Positions 31,285-41,512 of a stretch of 64,000 nt of DNA are shown in pieces. The position numbers and the translations under genes are program-made. Source of the DNA: Sulfuricurvum sp. (GTDB lineage: Bacteria; Campylobacterota; Campylobacteria; Campylobacterales; Sulfurimonadaceae); contig JAQULP010000001.1 in the NCBI GenBank assembly GCA_028718525.1, positions 1,406 to 65,405 of the forward strand, written 5' to 3'. Below the pieces are notes generated by a model. That model made no database searches. It was not told the origin of the DNA and saw only the letters and a program-made list of their open reading frames with translations. The stretch's first letter is position 1, and every line of letters starts with the position of its first letter.

Positions 31285-32184
31285 TTAGCTCATATTTAAC
31301 AATTGTGGAATAACAAGCCAAACATGCTTACTTACCCACAAACCGACTAACGCCGATACAGCAGCGATTTTCAACAAATAGTATGATTTATTTTTCAAAC
31401 TCAAACAAATCAATGCCATTGGAGCCAAAAATGCCATAATTTGACCGATCCAGAACATAGCCGTATATTCGCCGCCTTTAATAAAGGCTAAAGTTGCACC
31501 TACCTCTTCAGCTTTCATAGCACCGAAGATATATTCAGACATATAAATAATAAATGCCGCAAACGCACTCAACCCTAAAATAATTCCAAGATCTTTTTTA
31601 ATCGGATCCGAAAATTGGTTCCCACCAAGAAGAAGCATGGTGGCAGAACCGGCAAGAAGCGCTGCCAAAATCATTTGAGCTGATTCAGTCGGCATTTGCC
31701 ATAATTCACGTGCAGTTGATTCTGCCATCAATCCAGCCGTATACAATGTCACCGGAATGGCCAACAACGTTGTCCATCCCAAAAATTTATCGTACATTGC
31801 TTCATCTTTTTTCATATAAATTGCATACGCCATTGCGAAAAGCAACCCTACGAACCCAGTCGCCATCCATGCTCCGACCGTAATAGCCGATGTAAGATGC
31901 GGGTAGAAAAAGATATGCCAAAATCGGAACATCTGATGCAAATCGATGACCGTAAAAAATAAGAAAATATGGATAAAGACAATGGATACCGCTACAACAG
32001 GAAAACGGATAAATCCAGTTTGTTCAGGGTATTTTTTAAGCAAGAAAAACGCTAGAAAAATAATCCCGGTCCCTACGCTTTTTGCCCACATATTCATCGT
32101 AATAATCCAACCCCAAACGATTCCCGGAAGAGCAACGTCAAGTGTTACAACCGCATGGGTTGCCGCAAGTGTTTCGTGTACCAT
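31285..32184 (-). CDS. NrfD/PsrC-family membrane anchor (quinol dehydrogenase)
   Basis: About 8 TMs, WG..I, DL...RFW, S....GAW, YTA..M...AR.LW. Confidence 0.9.
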   Translation of the reverse strand: MVHETLAATHAVVTLDVALPGIVWGWIITMNMWAKSVGTGIIFLAFFLLKKYPEQTGFIRFPVVAVSIVFIHIFLFFTVIDLHQMFRFWHIFFYPHLTSAITVGAWMATGFVGLLFAMAYAIYMKKDEAMYDKFLGWTTLLAIPVTLYTAGLMAESTARELWQMPTESAQMILAALLAGSATMLLLGGNQFSDPIKKDLGIILGLSAFAAFIIYMSEYIFGAMKAEEVGATLAFIKGGEYTAMFWIGQIMAFLAPMALICLSLKNKSYYLLKIAAVSALVGLWVSKHVWLVIPQLLNMS

Positions 32185-32822
32185 TAGTGGTGCCCTCCTA
32201 CTGGAAGATGAGTAATATTGTTAAAGAGGTTATGACCTTCAATACGTTCAGATGCCAGTGGATTCAATGTAACATTGCCGCCGCCTACATAGAAATGGTG
32301 TGGATCAGTCCCTTTTTCCGGTTTACGTACTTGGACATTACCTTGATGTTGTTGAATGTATTTGCTGATGTTAGAGGTCGGATCATCCAAATCACCAAAA
32401 ATATTCGCTTCTACCGGGCAGGCAACAACACATGACGGCATCATTGCACTGGCGATACGGTGAGCACAATAGGTACATTTGTCCGCTGTCTGTGTTTGCG
32501 GATCGATATAGATTGCACCGTACGGACAGGCCATGACACATCCGGCACATCCGATACAACGCTCTTTATCAATATTCACAATACCATTTTCTAAATAGTG
32601 AAGTGCACTGACAGGACAAATGCGCTCACACGGAGCGTTTGCGCAATGGTTACAACGAAGTGGAGTAAAAGTCCGCTTCGTCTCTGGAAATGTCCCCACA
32701 TCAACATATTTTACACGTAGACGCCATGTAGAGAGAGGAACTTCGTTCTCCACTTTACACGCAATCTCACAGCCCTTACAACCCATACATAGGTGCAGGT
32801 CTACCAAGAAACCCAATTGCAT
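32184..32822 (-). CDS. 4x[4Fe-4S] electron-transfer subunit (PsrB/NrfC-like)
   Basis: CMGCKGCEIAC, CNHCANAPCERICP, CIGCAGCVMACPY, KCTYC...CVVACP, FGDLDDP and PEKGT.P. Confidence 0.93.
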   Translation of the reverse strand: MQLGFLVDLHLCMGCKGCEIACKVENEVPLSTWRLRVKYVDVGTFPETKRTFTPLRCNHCANAPCERICPVSALHYLENGIVNIDKERCIGCAGCVMACPYGAIYIDPQTQTADKCTYCAHRIASAMMPSCVVACPVEANIFGDLDDPTSNISKYIQQHQGNVQVRKPEKGTDPHHFYVGGGNVTLNPLASERIEGHNLFNNITHLPVGGHH

Positions 32823-33010
32823 ATATTCTCCTTATTCCTGATTCACGTGACTGCCATTCATGTCATAAGTAACATGAATAATCTTTATTTGATGCCGTGA
32901 TTACAGGCATTTAACGGCATTTCTGCTGGATCGATAATAGCTAAAATAGGATAAACAATAACTAAATGAATTATCAATTTTGCTATAACTTTTTGATATG
33001 TTACCGTTTG

Positions 33011-33042
33011 TAAAAATAAACTCTCATCATTAGAGAGTTTAT
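33011..33042 (-). terminator. Rho-independent terminator after hisD
   Basis: ATAAACTCTC/GAGAGTTTAT stem followed by a U-run on the minus strand. Confidence 0.65.
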
Positions 33043-33055
33043 ATAAGGAGAAGAT

Positions 33056-34348
33056 TTAGGAGTCTAATCGGCAGCGAACAGAGGCTTCATGCGCCCCAAG
33101 ACCCTCAGTGTGTGCGATGAGGGCACAAGCTTCACCGATCTCATTTATGGCCTGACGAGAAAAGGAGATAATAGAAGATTTTTTCATAAAATTTTCAACC
33201 CCTAACGGTGAATAAAATTTGGCGGTCCCTCCGGTCGGAAGGGTATGATTCGGTCCGGCAACATAATCACCGATTGCTTCCGGGGTGAAATGTCCCAAAA
33301 AGATTGCACCTGCATGCTTGATAGACGGAAGAAGCGCAAATGGGTTATCTGTAGCCACTTCAAGATGCTCTGGAGCAATTTCATTCATCAAATTTACCGC
33401 CTCTTCCATTGTCTCCGTAACAATTATGGCGGCACGCTCTTCTATGGATTTTCGGGCGATCTCTTCACGCGGAAGTTTTTTCAACCAGACTTCAATCTCA
33501 ACGGCACAGGCATCAGCAAACGCTTGTGATGGGGTAATCAAAATTGAGCTTGCCATCTCATCGTGTTCCGCCTGCGAAAGCAAATCAATTGCAATATGTA
33601 CCGGGTTGGCGGAATCGTCGGCTAATACACCTATTTCGCTCGGTCCTGCAATCATGTCGATATTTACTTCGCCAAAAACCATTTTTTTAGCCGTAGCCAC
33701 AAAAATATTCCCTGGACCCGTGATTACGTCTACTTTCGGAATCGTCTCTGTTCCATAGGCCATGGCGGCAATTGCACTTGCACCTCCGACTTTAAAGACT
33801 TCGGTTACACCGCACAAATGACATGCCGCTAACAAAAGTTCATTCGGTTCATTATCCGGCGTCGGTGTCGTAACGACGATATGTTCTACCCCGGCGACCT
33901 GTGCCGGAATAACATTCATCAACAGTGAGCTTGGGTATGCTGCTTTCCCCCCCGGTATATAAAGGCCGGCACGATCTACAGGAGTCACCTTCTGACCCAA
34001 AATAGTCCCGTTTTTCTCCGTGTCAAACCAACTTTTCGGAAGCTGTTTTTCATGATAGATTCGGATACGGTCATACGCCAAATGCAATGAAGCTTTAAGG
34101 GTAGGTTCGAGCGCTTCATAGGCCCGTTTCATATCCGATGCATCGATTCGCAAATCGGACCCGCCTTTAGGTGCCCAACGATCGAATTTGGAGATATGAC
34201 GTATCAATGCTGCATCATTTTCAATCCGGATTTCATCAATCAACGTTTTGACAATAGAAGAAACATGCTCCATATCCATTTTCCCGCGTCCTAAAAGTTC
34301 ACTGAAAACGGTATTGAAATTACTGTCACTGGTGTGGATGAGGGTCAT
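33056..34348 (-). CDS. hisD: Histidinol dehydrogenase
   Basis: GLYIPGG.A.YPSS, GPGNIFV, DMIAGPSE, SQAEHD, APEHLE and GPNHTLPT. Confidence 0.97.
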   Translation of the reverse strand: MTLIHTSDSNFNTVFSELLGRGKMDMEHVSSIVKTLIDEIRIENDAALIRHISKFDRWAPKGGSDLRIDASDMKRAYEALEPTLKASLHLAYDRIRIYHEKQLPKSWFDTEKNGTILGQKVTPVDRAGLYIPGGKAAYPSSLLMNVIPAQVAGVEHIVVTTPTPDNEPNELLLAACHLCGVTEVFKVGGASAIAAMAYGTETIPKVDVITGPGNIFVATAKKMVFGEVNIDMIAGPSEIGVLADDSANPVHIAIDLLSQAEHDEMASSILITPSQAFADACAVEIEVWLKKLPREEIARKSIEERAAIIVTETMEEAVNLMNEIAPEHLEVATDNPFALLPSIKHAGAIFLGHFTPEAIGDYVAGPNHTLPTGGTAKFYSPLGVENFMKKSSIISFSRQAINEIGEACALIAHTEGLGAHEASVRCRLDS

Positions 34349-34359
34349 AATCTTTCCTT

Positions 34360-34773
34360 TTATTTTTGCGTTGTACTTTTTTTGTATTCTTGTTTAACGA
34401 TTTCAAGTGCTTTTAAAAAGTCATTACTCTCTACCGCTCCCATAATCGGCTCAAACATCGGAGATTTTCCTTTAATAAACCAAGTAGCCGGTGTTCCCTG
34501 TGTCATAAGCGATCGTGGAACACTCCCCTCATCAACAACCCCTTCGTAAGCAATGAAATCATGATTAAGGATCGAAACAACTTTGGCATTCTTGAGGGTG
34601 TTTTGTTTTAGAACATCACACCATCTACATCCGTTTTTTGTCACCAAAACCATCAAAGGTTTTTGTTCTTTGATCCCTTTTTCAACCGCTGTAGAGAGAT
34701 CTTTTTCCCATTTAATATCGGTTCCGAACAAAGAGAACGTTAGCAAGAAGCCTAAAATGATGATTTTATTCAT
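34360..34773 (-). CDS. Periplasmic thioredoxin-fold protein (SoxW/Thioredoxin_7-like)
   Basis: Signal peptide, CRWC and cis-Pro GTP motif. Confidence 0.8.
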   Translation of the reverse strand: MNKIIILGFLLTFSLFGTDIKWEKDLSTAVEKGIKEQKPLMVLVTKNGCRWCDVLKQNTLKNAKVVSILNHDFIAYEGVVDEGSVPRSLMTQGTPATWFIKGKSPMFEPIMGAVESNDFLKALEIVKQEYKKSTTQK

Positions 34774-35282
34774 TTTATTTTTACCTTTTTTATAATCTCT
34801 TTGGCAATTTCTGCCATATCTTTGTTGCTTACGTCAATGACGATATCCGCAGCTTTCTTATAATGGACGGAACGCTCTTCATAAAGATGACGCGCTTTTT
34901 CGATATCTTGAAATAACGGGCGCTTACGGAGTTTCTTTTCGGCATCAGGATGGGCGAGAATACGGTTATAAATGGTCTCAAACGGTGCAGACAGGTAAAC
35001 AACCGTCCCAATTTTGGATAAGTTGGGAACTTTAAAAAAACCGCCTCCGGTGGATATTAACGTCCCTTTAACCTCTTTCTGTAACCAAAGTGCAACTTTA
35101 CGCTCTAATGCACGAAAATACTCTTCGCCCTCTTCAGCGAAGATTTTTTTTATGCGACGGTTTTCCATACTCTCAATAATATCATCCGTATCTAATGCAA
35201 CCAAATCCGATTGTTTGATAATTTCACGTGCAACGGAACCTTTACCGACTCCCATAAAGCCAATCAAAACAATATTTTTCAT
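34770..35282 (-). CDS. aroK: Shikimate kinase
   Basis: LIGFMGVGK, DTD, GE.YFR, STGGG and RPL. Confidence 0.93.
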   Translation of the reverse strand: MKNIVLIGFMGVGKGSVAREIIKQSDLVALDTDDIIESMENRRIKKIFAEEGEEYFRALERKVALWLQKEVKGTLISTGGGFFKVPNLSKIGTVVYLSAPFETIYNRILAHPDAEKKLRKRPLFQDIEKARHLYEERSVHYKKAADIVIDVSNKDMAEIAKEIIKKVKIK

Positions 35283-35344
35283 AAAATCTCTACTCTTCGT
35301 TTATAATAATGTAATGATATCATGCATTTACTTAGGAGTGCTTC

Positions 35345-35653
35345 TTGATTAGTGTAAACAATCTTTATAACGATGAAAAACCTGCTGAAAACAGAGAAAT
35401 ATTTTCCACCCTTTTCCACAACAATTCTTTCAGAATCGAAGCTATCCGTTCGTGGTTAAAAGTGCCCGGAGAGGTTTACAATCAAGAAGAAGACGAATGG
35501 GTCTTACTCTTATCCGGAGAAGCTAAACTCGAAATTGACTCCAGAGAAACTACCCTCACCTCCGGAGACTACCTTTTTATCCCAAAACATACTGTTCATC
35601 GTGTTTTATCAACATCAAAAAACGCACATTGGCTTGGAATTTTTAGCTCTTAA
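35345..35653 (+). CDS. Cupin domain protein
   Basis: [15 protein letters not shown]...GDYLFIP.H..HRV. Confidence 0.8.
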   Translation: MISVNNLYNDEKPAENREIFSTLFHNNSFRIEAIRSWLKVPGEVYNQEEDEWVLLLSGEAKLEIDSRETTLTSGDYLFIPKHTVHRVLSTSKNAHWLGIFSS

Positions 35654-37229
35654 ACTCATTGATTCGATCTGAAAGGGATTGCGCTACGGATAACAATTGC
35701 TTCGAATCACTTTCGATTTTCTCAACACTCTGCCGGTTTGCTTCAGAAACATGATTGATCTGTGAAATTTTTTCAATGATCCATTCAATATGACCGACTA
35801 CTTCGACAGAATCAGTGTACGAACGTTCCGCAACGCTTACAGAACGTTCCATCTCTGACGAGGTTGCCGATATTTTTTCCTCTACTTCATGAGAAATATC
35901 GGTTAGTTCATTCATACTTGTTGCATTTTCACCCATTTTGTCACTGACATCATTAATGGCCTGAACGATAGTTCCGACGCTAATTTCAATTTCCGTCAAG
36001 CTTTTTTGGGTACGTTCAGCCAATTTACGCACTTCATCGGCAACAACGGCAAAACCTCTACCGTGTTCGCCAGCGCGTGCCGCTTCAATTGCCGCATTCA
36101 AAGCTAAAAGATTTGTCTGATCGGCAATATCTTTAATGACCCCTAATACACTTTTAACCTGATCGGCATCTTGACGTAATAAGAGAAGTTGCGAAGACAT
36201 TTCCTGTTCGGTTTCAATATATCCGTCCACTTCATTAACAAGACGGTAGAGCGCGTCTTTAGCCGTCAGCAATTCACCGTTTGCATTCGTGATATTACGC
36301 TGGGTCTGTTCCGATACGGTTATAGCCGCAGAAAGGATCTCTTTAATAGAGTGGCTCTTTTGGGTAGTTGCCTCAACAATCAGTCGTTCTTGTTCTACCC
36401 CTTTTGAGATCACATGCGTCGCACCGGTAATGGTCGTTGCAATAGTGGCATTTTGCTTTCCGAGATCTTTGACCTCATTGACTGTCTCTTGAACCATAGC
36501 CACAAAATTATTAACGGCTGTTGCAGCATCTGAAAATTCATCTTGTTTCGTCACTTCCAGCCGTTTGGTCAAATCTTTATCCCCGTTGACCAAAGCCGCT
36601 ATTCGGTTACGAAGCCCTTCCAACGGTGTGAGAACCTCTTTTCCAAAGAAAAGGTTTAATACCGATACAAAGACGATAACAACAAAACTCAATGCAATTA
36701 ACAAAATCGTTTCGGTCTTGCTGATTTCAACATCGTTTTTTTCTAAAGAAACTACCAGATCCATAACGCCCAATACATCTCCGCTTTGGACATTAGTATG
36801 GCACGCCAAACATCGATCTTGAGCGATTAAAGGCTGCAAAAGCCGGATACTGTGTACACCGTTGTTATTTTCAATAACTTTGGGCTCTTTATTTTGAAAT
36901 ATAGCGCGTATTACCGGCTCATTCGTAAATTTGCTCTCTGGTGAAAGCAAGTCGATAACGGCTTGCGACTTTTCAACTTTTAATGCCGAAATCCCCTCAA
37001 TTTTCTGTGCATTTTCAATCGCTTCGGCAACCACCGCAGGATCACCGGCCAACATGCTCCCGCTTAACGTTTGAAAAATAGATTGACTCAACATCGTCAA
37101 AGACCTTTTGGCCGTATCGTTGGAAAAATCATGGAATGTTGTTGTCAAATACCAATAAATAGCTCCCAGTCCCATAAAGCTAAAGAGCAATGTAGAAAAA
37201 ATAATTTTTGATTTGACGGTATTAAACAT
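35643..37229 (-). CDS. Methyl-accepting chemotaxis protein with periplasmic c-heme (CxxCH) sensor
   Basis: Two TMs, 'RCLACH...GDVLG', HAMP (DLTKRL...DE), [38 protein letters not shown]. Confidence 0.95.
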   Translation of the reverse strand: MFNTVKSKIIFSTLLFSFMGLGAIYWYLTTTFHDFSNDTAKRSLTMLSQSIFQTLSGSMLAGDPAVVAEAIENAQKIEGISALKVEKSQAVIDLLSPESKFTNEPVIRAIFQNKEPKVIENNNGVHSIRLLQPLIAQDRCLACHTNVQSGDVLGVMDLVVSLEKNDVEISKTETILLIALSFVVIVFVSVLNLFFGKEVLTPLEGLRNRIAALVNGDKDLTKRLEVTKQDEFSDAATAVNNFVAMVQETVNEVKDLGKQNATIATTITGATHVISKGVEQERLIVEATTQKSHSIKEILSAAITVSEQTQRNITNANGELLTAKDALYRLVNEVDGYIETEQEMSSQLLLLRQDADQVKSVLGVIKDIADQTNLLALNAAIEAARAGEHGRGFAVVADEVRKLAERTQKSLTEIEISVGTIVQAINDVSDKMGENATSMNELTDISHEVEEKISATSSEMERSVSVAERSYTDSVEVVGHIEWIIEKISQINHVSEANRQSVEKIESDSKQLLSVAQSLSDRINEFKS

Positions 37230-37259
37230 TAGAAAACCTCATACTTCAATTTCAAGAAA

Positions 37260-38627
37260 TTATTGTACCGTATATCGATCACCTTTTTGCGGTGAAAAAA
37301 CAATTCCCTGTGCGGTTTGTATTTTTATCGGCACATTCATCGGACGCCGCATCGATATCGGATCAACTTTACTGACACTGAAATGAAGATGAGGCGCAGT
37401 ACAGTATCCCGTGCTGCCGGAATAACCGATTAAATCACCCCGTTTAATCTGCTGTCCGATTTTAACAACCGATCCCCCCTGTTTCAGATGGAAATAATTT
37501 CCCAATGTTCCATCACTATGGCGGATATTGATGTAATTCATATACGGGCGGTACTCCGGACTCGGCCCCCCTTCAGTATGTGTCACATCCATACCGACGA
37601 CTTCCCCCTCACGCGCTGCATAGACGGGAGTCCCGATCGGAGCGGAAAAATCAATGGCATATGCTGACAATCCTTTATGTGACAGTCCTCCGTTATACCC
37701 CTGCGAGACATCCACATTGACCCCTAGAGCAAATGGTAGACGATAGAGGTAGGTATCGTCATGTTGTGCAAAAGCGGATCCTTTGACCCACCCGTAGGAT
37801 GAAATTTCGTTCGTCTGGACATTAGCGTTGATCGGGATTAATCTTAAAATCTCTTTTTTCATTTTTCCCGATAATTCAACGTATAAAGGGAGAGGATGAT
37901 CCGATTTGACATTATCCAGTTTATCAAAATCGAGTGCTAACGTGACTAAATATGGATTGATATTTTCGGCTTCAAAAACAATCGTACCGTCGGCCATTTT
38001 CTCTTTTACAACTATGACACTGTTACGAGAACCGATCTTTATATCCCGTCTAATCCCTTTCACTTCAGAGCGTTTTAAAATTCTCAAATGTTCTTCATAA
38101 GCTTGTTCTTGCTCGATTGCCATTTGGATACTTTTATCTTCCAATGATTCTTCGTCACACAATGCTTCCATATTTTGAATCGAATTTTGCGGATAATTTT
38201 TTTGATAAAAGGCAATTGCATCCGAACGGATTCTTGGATGATGCAACGGTTCCAAAGGCGCGCTGACCAAAATTTCAAAACTTTTTTTATCAGAGTGCAC
38301 CATTGCCGTTGTTAACGATTTCCGATAAAGGGAATCGATTGATTCTTTTTGCTGCGACAGTTCGCGCAACTCTTTTAAATATAAAGCCAGTAATTCACGA
38401 TCAATTGTATTACCTGTGAGCTCTTTACCGACACTGAGGGTTGATTCGACTTCGTTAACAAAGCTTTTTAATATTTTTTTATTGGGCTCCATAACCGAGG
38501 ATTGACTCAATTTTTTAATCGATTCGGTACTTTTTTGAAGGGGATCGGCAAGTGTATCAAACAATATAGGTGAGGTTTCCGCAAAAAGTATCCCAGATTG
38601 AATCAAAGTCAGAAAAAGTATGCGCAC
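37260..38627 (-). CDS. M23 family metallopeptidase, exported
   Basis: SH...YAIDF, GTPVYAAREG, Y.HL and GSTG...PHLHF; probable GTG start at 38627 after GAGGG. Confidence 0.85.
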   Translation of the reverse strand: MRILFLTLIQSGILFAETSPILFDTLADPLQKSTESIKKLSQSSVMEPNKKILKSFVNEVESTLSVGKELTGNTIDRELLALYLKELRELSQQKESIDSLYRKSLTTAMVHSDKKSFEILVSAPLEPLHHPRIRSDAIAFYQKNYPQNSIQNMEALCDEESLEDKSIQMAIEQEQAYEEHLRILKRSEVKGIRRDIKIGSRNSVIVVKEKMADGTIVFEAENINPYLVTLALDFDKLDNVKSDHPLPLYVELSGKMKKEILRLIPINANVQTNEISSYGWVKGSAFAQHDDTYLYRLPFALGVNVDVSQGYNGGLSHKGLSAYAIDFSAPIGTPVYAAREGEVVGMDVTHTEGGPSPEYRPYMNYINIRHSDGTLGNYFHLKQGGSVVKIGQQIKRGDLIGYSGSTGYCTAPHLHFSVSKVDPISMRRPMNVPIKIQTAQGIVFSPQKGDRYTVQ

Positions 38628-38709
38628 CGATCTAAACCCCTCTTTTTTTAATTCTAACATTATTGCTCTAAGGATATAATATCGTCTATTTTAACTGTGG
38701 GGTAAAATT

Positions 38710-39792
38710 ATGTCCAAACGTATTTTAGAAGTGATGAAACCGGGAGTACTCTTTGGTGATGATGTTCAAAAGTTATTTGAGATCGCAAAAGAAGAGGGAT
38801 TTGCCCTTCCAGCGGTTAATGTTGTCGGAACGGATTCGATCAATGCGGTTCTCGAAGCGGCTAAAGTCGTTAACTCACCCGTGATTATCCAATTTTCTAA
38901 CGGTGGAGCCAGCTATTATGCCGGCAAAGGGCTAAGCAACGAAAATGAAAAAGCGGCTATTGCCGGTGCCATCAGCGGTGCACAGCATGTTCATTTGATG
39001 GCCGAAGCCTATGGAATCCCCGTGATTTTACACACCGACCACGCGGCACGTTCCCTCCTTCCATGGATCGATGCCCTTCTGGATGCAGGAGAAAAACATT
39101 TTGAACAATTCGGCAAACCTCTTTTTAGTTCCCACATGCTGGATCTTTCAGAAGAGTCTCTTGAAGAAAACGTCGAGACCTGTGTCAATTATCTTAAACG
39201 TATGGATAAAATCGGTATGACACTTGAAATCGAACTCGGCGTTACCGGCGGAGAAGAAGACGGTGTCGATAATTCAAATATTGACAATGCGCTTCTTTAC
39301 ACCCAGCCGGAAGAAGTTGCTTATGCTTATGAAAAACTATCCGCAATCAGCAACCGTTTTACCATTGCCGCTTCATTTGGAAATGTTCATGGAGTCTATA
39401 AACCGGGGAATGTCGTCCTTACCCCAATCATCCTCGACAATTCACAAAAATTTATTCAGGAAAAATTCCATACTGTTTCATCCAAACCGGTCAACTTTGT
39501 TTTCCACGGAGGATCAGGTTCAACTCTCGAAGAGATTCGTGAAGCTATCGGTTACGGTGTCATTAAAATGAATATCGATACGGATACCCAATGGGCAACG
39601 TGGGAAGGGGTAAAAGATTACTACGAAAAATACAAAGACTATCTCCAAGGTCAAATCGGGAATCCAGAAGGTGAAGACAAACCGAATAAAAAATATTATG
39701 ACCCGAGAAAATGGCTCCGTGACGGGCAAAAAACATTGGTAAATCGGGTAAAAATTGCTTTTAACGATTTAAATGCCATTGATAGAAATTAG
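38710..39792 (+). CDS. fbaA: Class II fructose-bisphosphate aldolase
   Basis: LHTDH, FSSHMLDLSEE, GGEEDG, FGNVHG, FHGGSG, KMNIDTD and KKYYDPR. Confidence 0.97.
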   Translation: MSKRILEVMKPGVLFGDDVQKLFEIAKEEGFALPAVNVVGTDSINAVLEAAKVVNSPVIIQFSNGGASYYAGKGLSNENEKAAIAGAISGAQHVHLMAEAYGIPVILHTDHAARSLLPWIDALLDAGEKHFEQFGKPLFSSHMLDLSEESLEENVETCVNYLKRMDKIGMTLEIELGVTGGEEDGVDNSNIDNALLYTQPEEVAYAYEKLSAISNRFTIAASFGNVHGVYKPGNVVLTPIILDNSQKFIQEKFHTVSSKPVNFVFHGGSGSTLEEIREAIGYGVIKMNIDTDTQWATWEGVKDYYEKYKDYLQGQIGNPEGEDKPNKKYYDPRKWLRDGQKTLVNRVKIAFNDLNAIDRN

Positions 39793-39799
39793 TCGATAT

Positions 39800-39822
39800 T
39801 TTCTCGCATAAAAAGCGAGAAA
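39800..39822 (+). terminator. Hairpin after fbaA
   Basis: TTTCTCGC/GCGAGAAA inverted repeat. Confidence 0.5.
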
Positions 39823-39837
39823 GTATAAACAACAAGA

Positions 39838-40500
39838 ATGAGGAATACGTTTATTCACCCGCGATCAAAGTGCTATCGCTGTTACCGCCCCGCCAGTTCA
39901 TGCATGTGCCCTTCTATCAATCCTTTACAAACACAAACCAAATTTATACTCTTAATGCATCCCAAAGAGTTTAAAAAAACAAAAAACGGCACAGGGCATC
40001 TAACCCATCTCTCACTTCCGAATTCCGAACTTTATATTCATGTCGATTTTAGCGAACATAAAGCAGTCAATGCATTGATCAATGACCCCAATAATCGGTG
40101 TTATCTACTCTATCCCGGAAAAGAGTCTATCAATTTAAATACGGAAACGATTCATCTTCAAGATAAGCAATTGATCATTTTTATCCTGGACTCTACCTGG
40201 CCCTGTTCACTGAAAATGCTACGTTTAAGCCGGAATCTACAATTGCTTCCCAAAGTCAGTTTCACCCATACTAAAACATCCCAGTTTAAGATCAAAGAAC
40301 AACCTGAGGAATTTTGCCTTTCTACAATCGAATCAACCCTTACGTTATTGGAGCTTCTTAATAAACACCATCTAGAAAAAATTATGCCGGAAGCGTTGGA
40401 AGCTTTTTTAGATCCCTTTAACGCGATGGTTGCGTATCAGATAAGCTGTGCTTCACGTGAGACACCTATTAATACGGCACGTTTTAGAAGAAGAGGCTAA
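39838..40500 (+). CDS. DTW-domain tRNA-uridine aminocarboxypropyltransferase (TapT-like)
   Basis: CxxCxxxxxxCxC, HPKE...TG, LLYP, LDSTW and LSTIE. Confidence 0.88.
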   Translation: MRNTFIHPRSKCYRCYRPASSCMCPSINPLQTQTKFILLMHPKEFKKTKNGTGHLTHLSLPNSELYIHVDFSEHKAVNALINDPNNRCYLLYPGKESINLNTETIHLQDKQLIIFILDSTWPCSLKMLRLSRNLQLLPKVSFTHTKTSQFKIKEQPEEFCLSTIESTLTLLELLNKHHLEKIMPEALEAFLDPFNAMVAYQISCASRETPINTARFRRRG

Positions 40501-40541
40501 AAAAAACAGATCGGGATGAATTTCCGTCACTCAGTAGATGA

Positions 40542-40565
40542 TTTTTCCCGCTAAAACGGGAAAAA
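40542..40565. terminator. Bidirectional terminator between convergent genes
   Basis: TTTTTCCCG-N6-CGGGAAAAA. Confidence 0.75.
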
Positions 40566-40578
40566 GAGGAATAAAGCG

Positions 40579-41421
40579 TTATTTTGAATAAGTAATTTTT
40601 GCTTTTTCGCGAAGCGTAGCCATTTTTTTCTCCATGGTCGCTTTGAATTTATCCATTTTAAGACGTTCTTCGATAAAGTTTTTTACCTCATCAAAACCAA
40701 GTTTTTTTGCCGATTTTTTATCTTCGATATAGATAACATGATACCCGAATTGACTCTGTACCGGTGTGGACGAAATCGTCCCCTCTTTCATAGCGAAAGC
40801 GGCATCATTAAAGGAAGGGACCATCTGTCCTCTTGGAAAATAACCCAAATCTCCGCCTTTAGGCGCACTTGGTCCCGTTGACTTCGATTTTGCCTGTGCA
40901 ATGAATTCATTTTTGAGTTTATCTCCGCTTAATCCTTTTAAGCTTTTAATAACCGCAAGCGCTTCGGCTTCTGTTTTTACGAGAATATGGCGTGCACGGA
41001 TTTTTTCCTTATCCATAAACTCATCCGGGTTTTTATCATAATAATCTTTAACGTCTTTCGCATCAATTTTAATGGCTTCGAATTGCTCTTGTTCCCATAC
41101 TTTGGCAGCTAATTGAATTTTCAATCGACTGATTAATGCATCAAGTTCCTGCTTATACTCTTTCGATTCAAGCACTCCTGTTTTTTGCGCATCATCGTAC
41201 ACCAGTTCTTGCGCAATCATCCCTTCAATAATACGTTGACGCAATTCATTTTGTTTGTCTGCTGGCAAAGAATCAAAACGTCCCTGCGTCCCTTCCATTA
41301 ACACTTTATTAACCTCATCAGAGGTGATTTCATCTCCGTTAACGGTTACGAGAACAGCTGCTGATGCGTTCTGTGCACTCAACAATAAACCCAAAATCCA
41401 AGCGGCATAATATCGCTTCAT
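40579..41421 (-). CDS. Periplasmic parvulin-type PPIase (PEB4/Cbf2/PrsA-like)
   Basis: Signal peptide, ARHILV, GGDLG.F...MV..F..AAF and PV.SQFGYHVI. Confidence 0.92.
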   Translation of the reverse strand: MKRYYAAWILGLLLSAQNASAAVLVTVNGDEITSDEVNKVLMEGTQGRFDSLPADKQNELRQRIIEGMIAQELVYDDAQKTGVLESKEYKQELDALISRLKIQLAAKVWEQEQFEAIKIDAKDVKDYYDKNPDEFMDKEKIRARHILVKTEAEALAVIKSLKGLSGDKLKNEFIAQAKSKSTGPSAPKGGDLGYFPRGQMVPSFNDAAFAMKEGTISSTPVQSQFGYHVIYIEDKKSAKKLGFDEVKNFIEERLKMDKFKATMEKKMATLREKAKITYSK

Positions 41422-41512
41422 TACTATCCTTGTTTTTTCTCCCCGCTATGGGGGTTTTTGATTTCGGCATTATAATACATTTGTGAGTATAGTACGCAAT
41501 AAATAACCAAAA

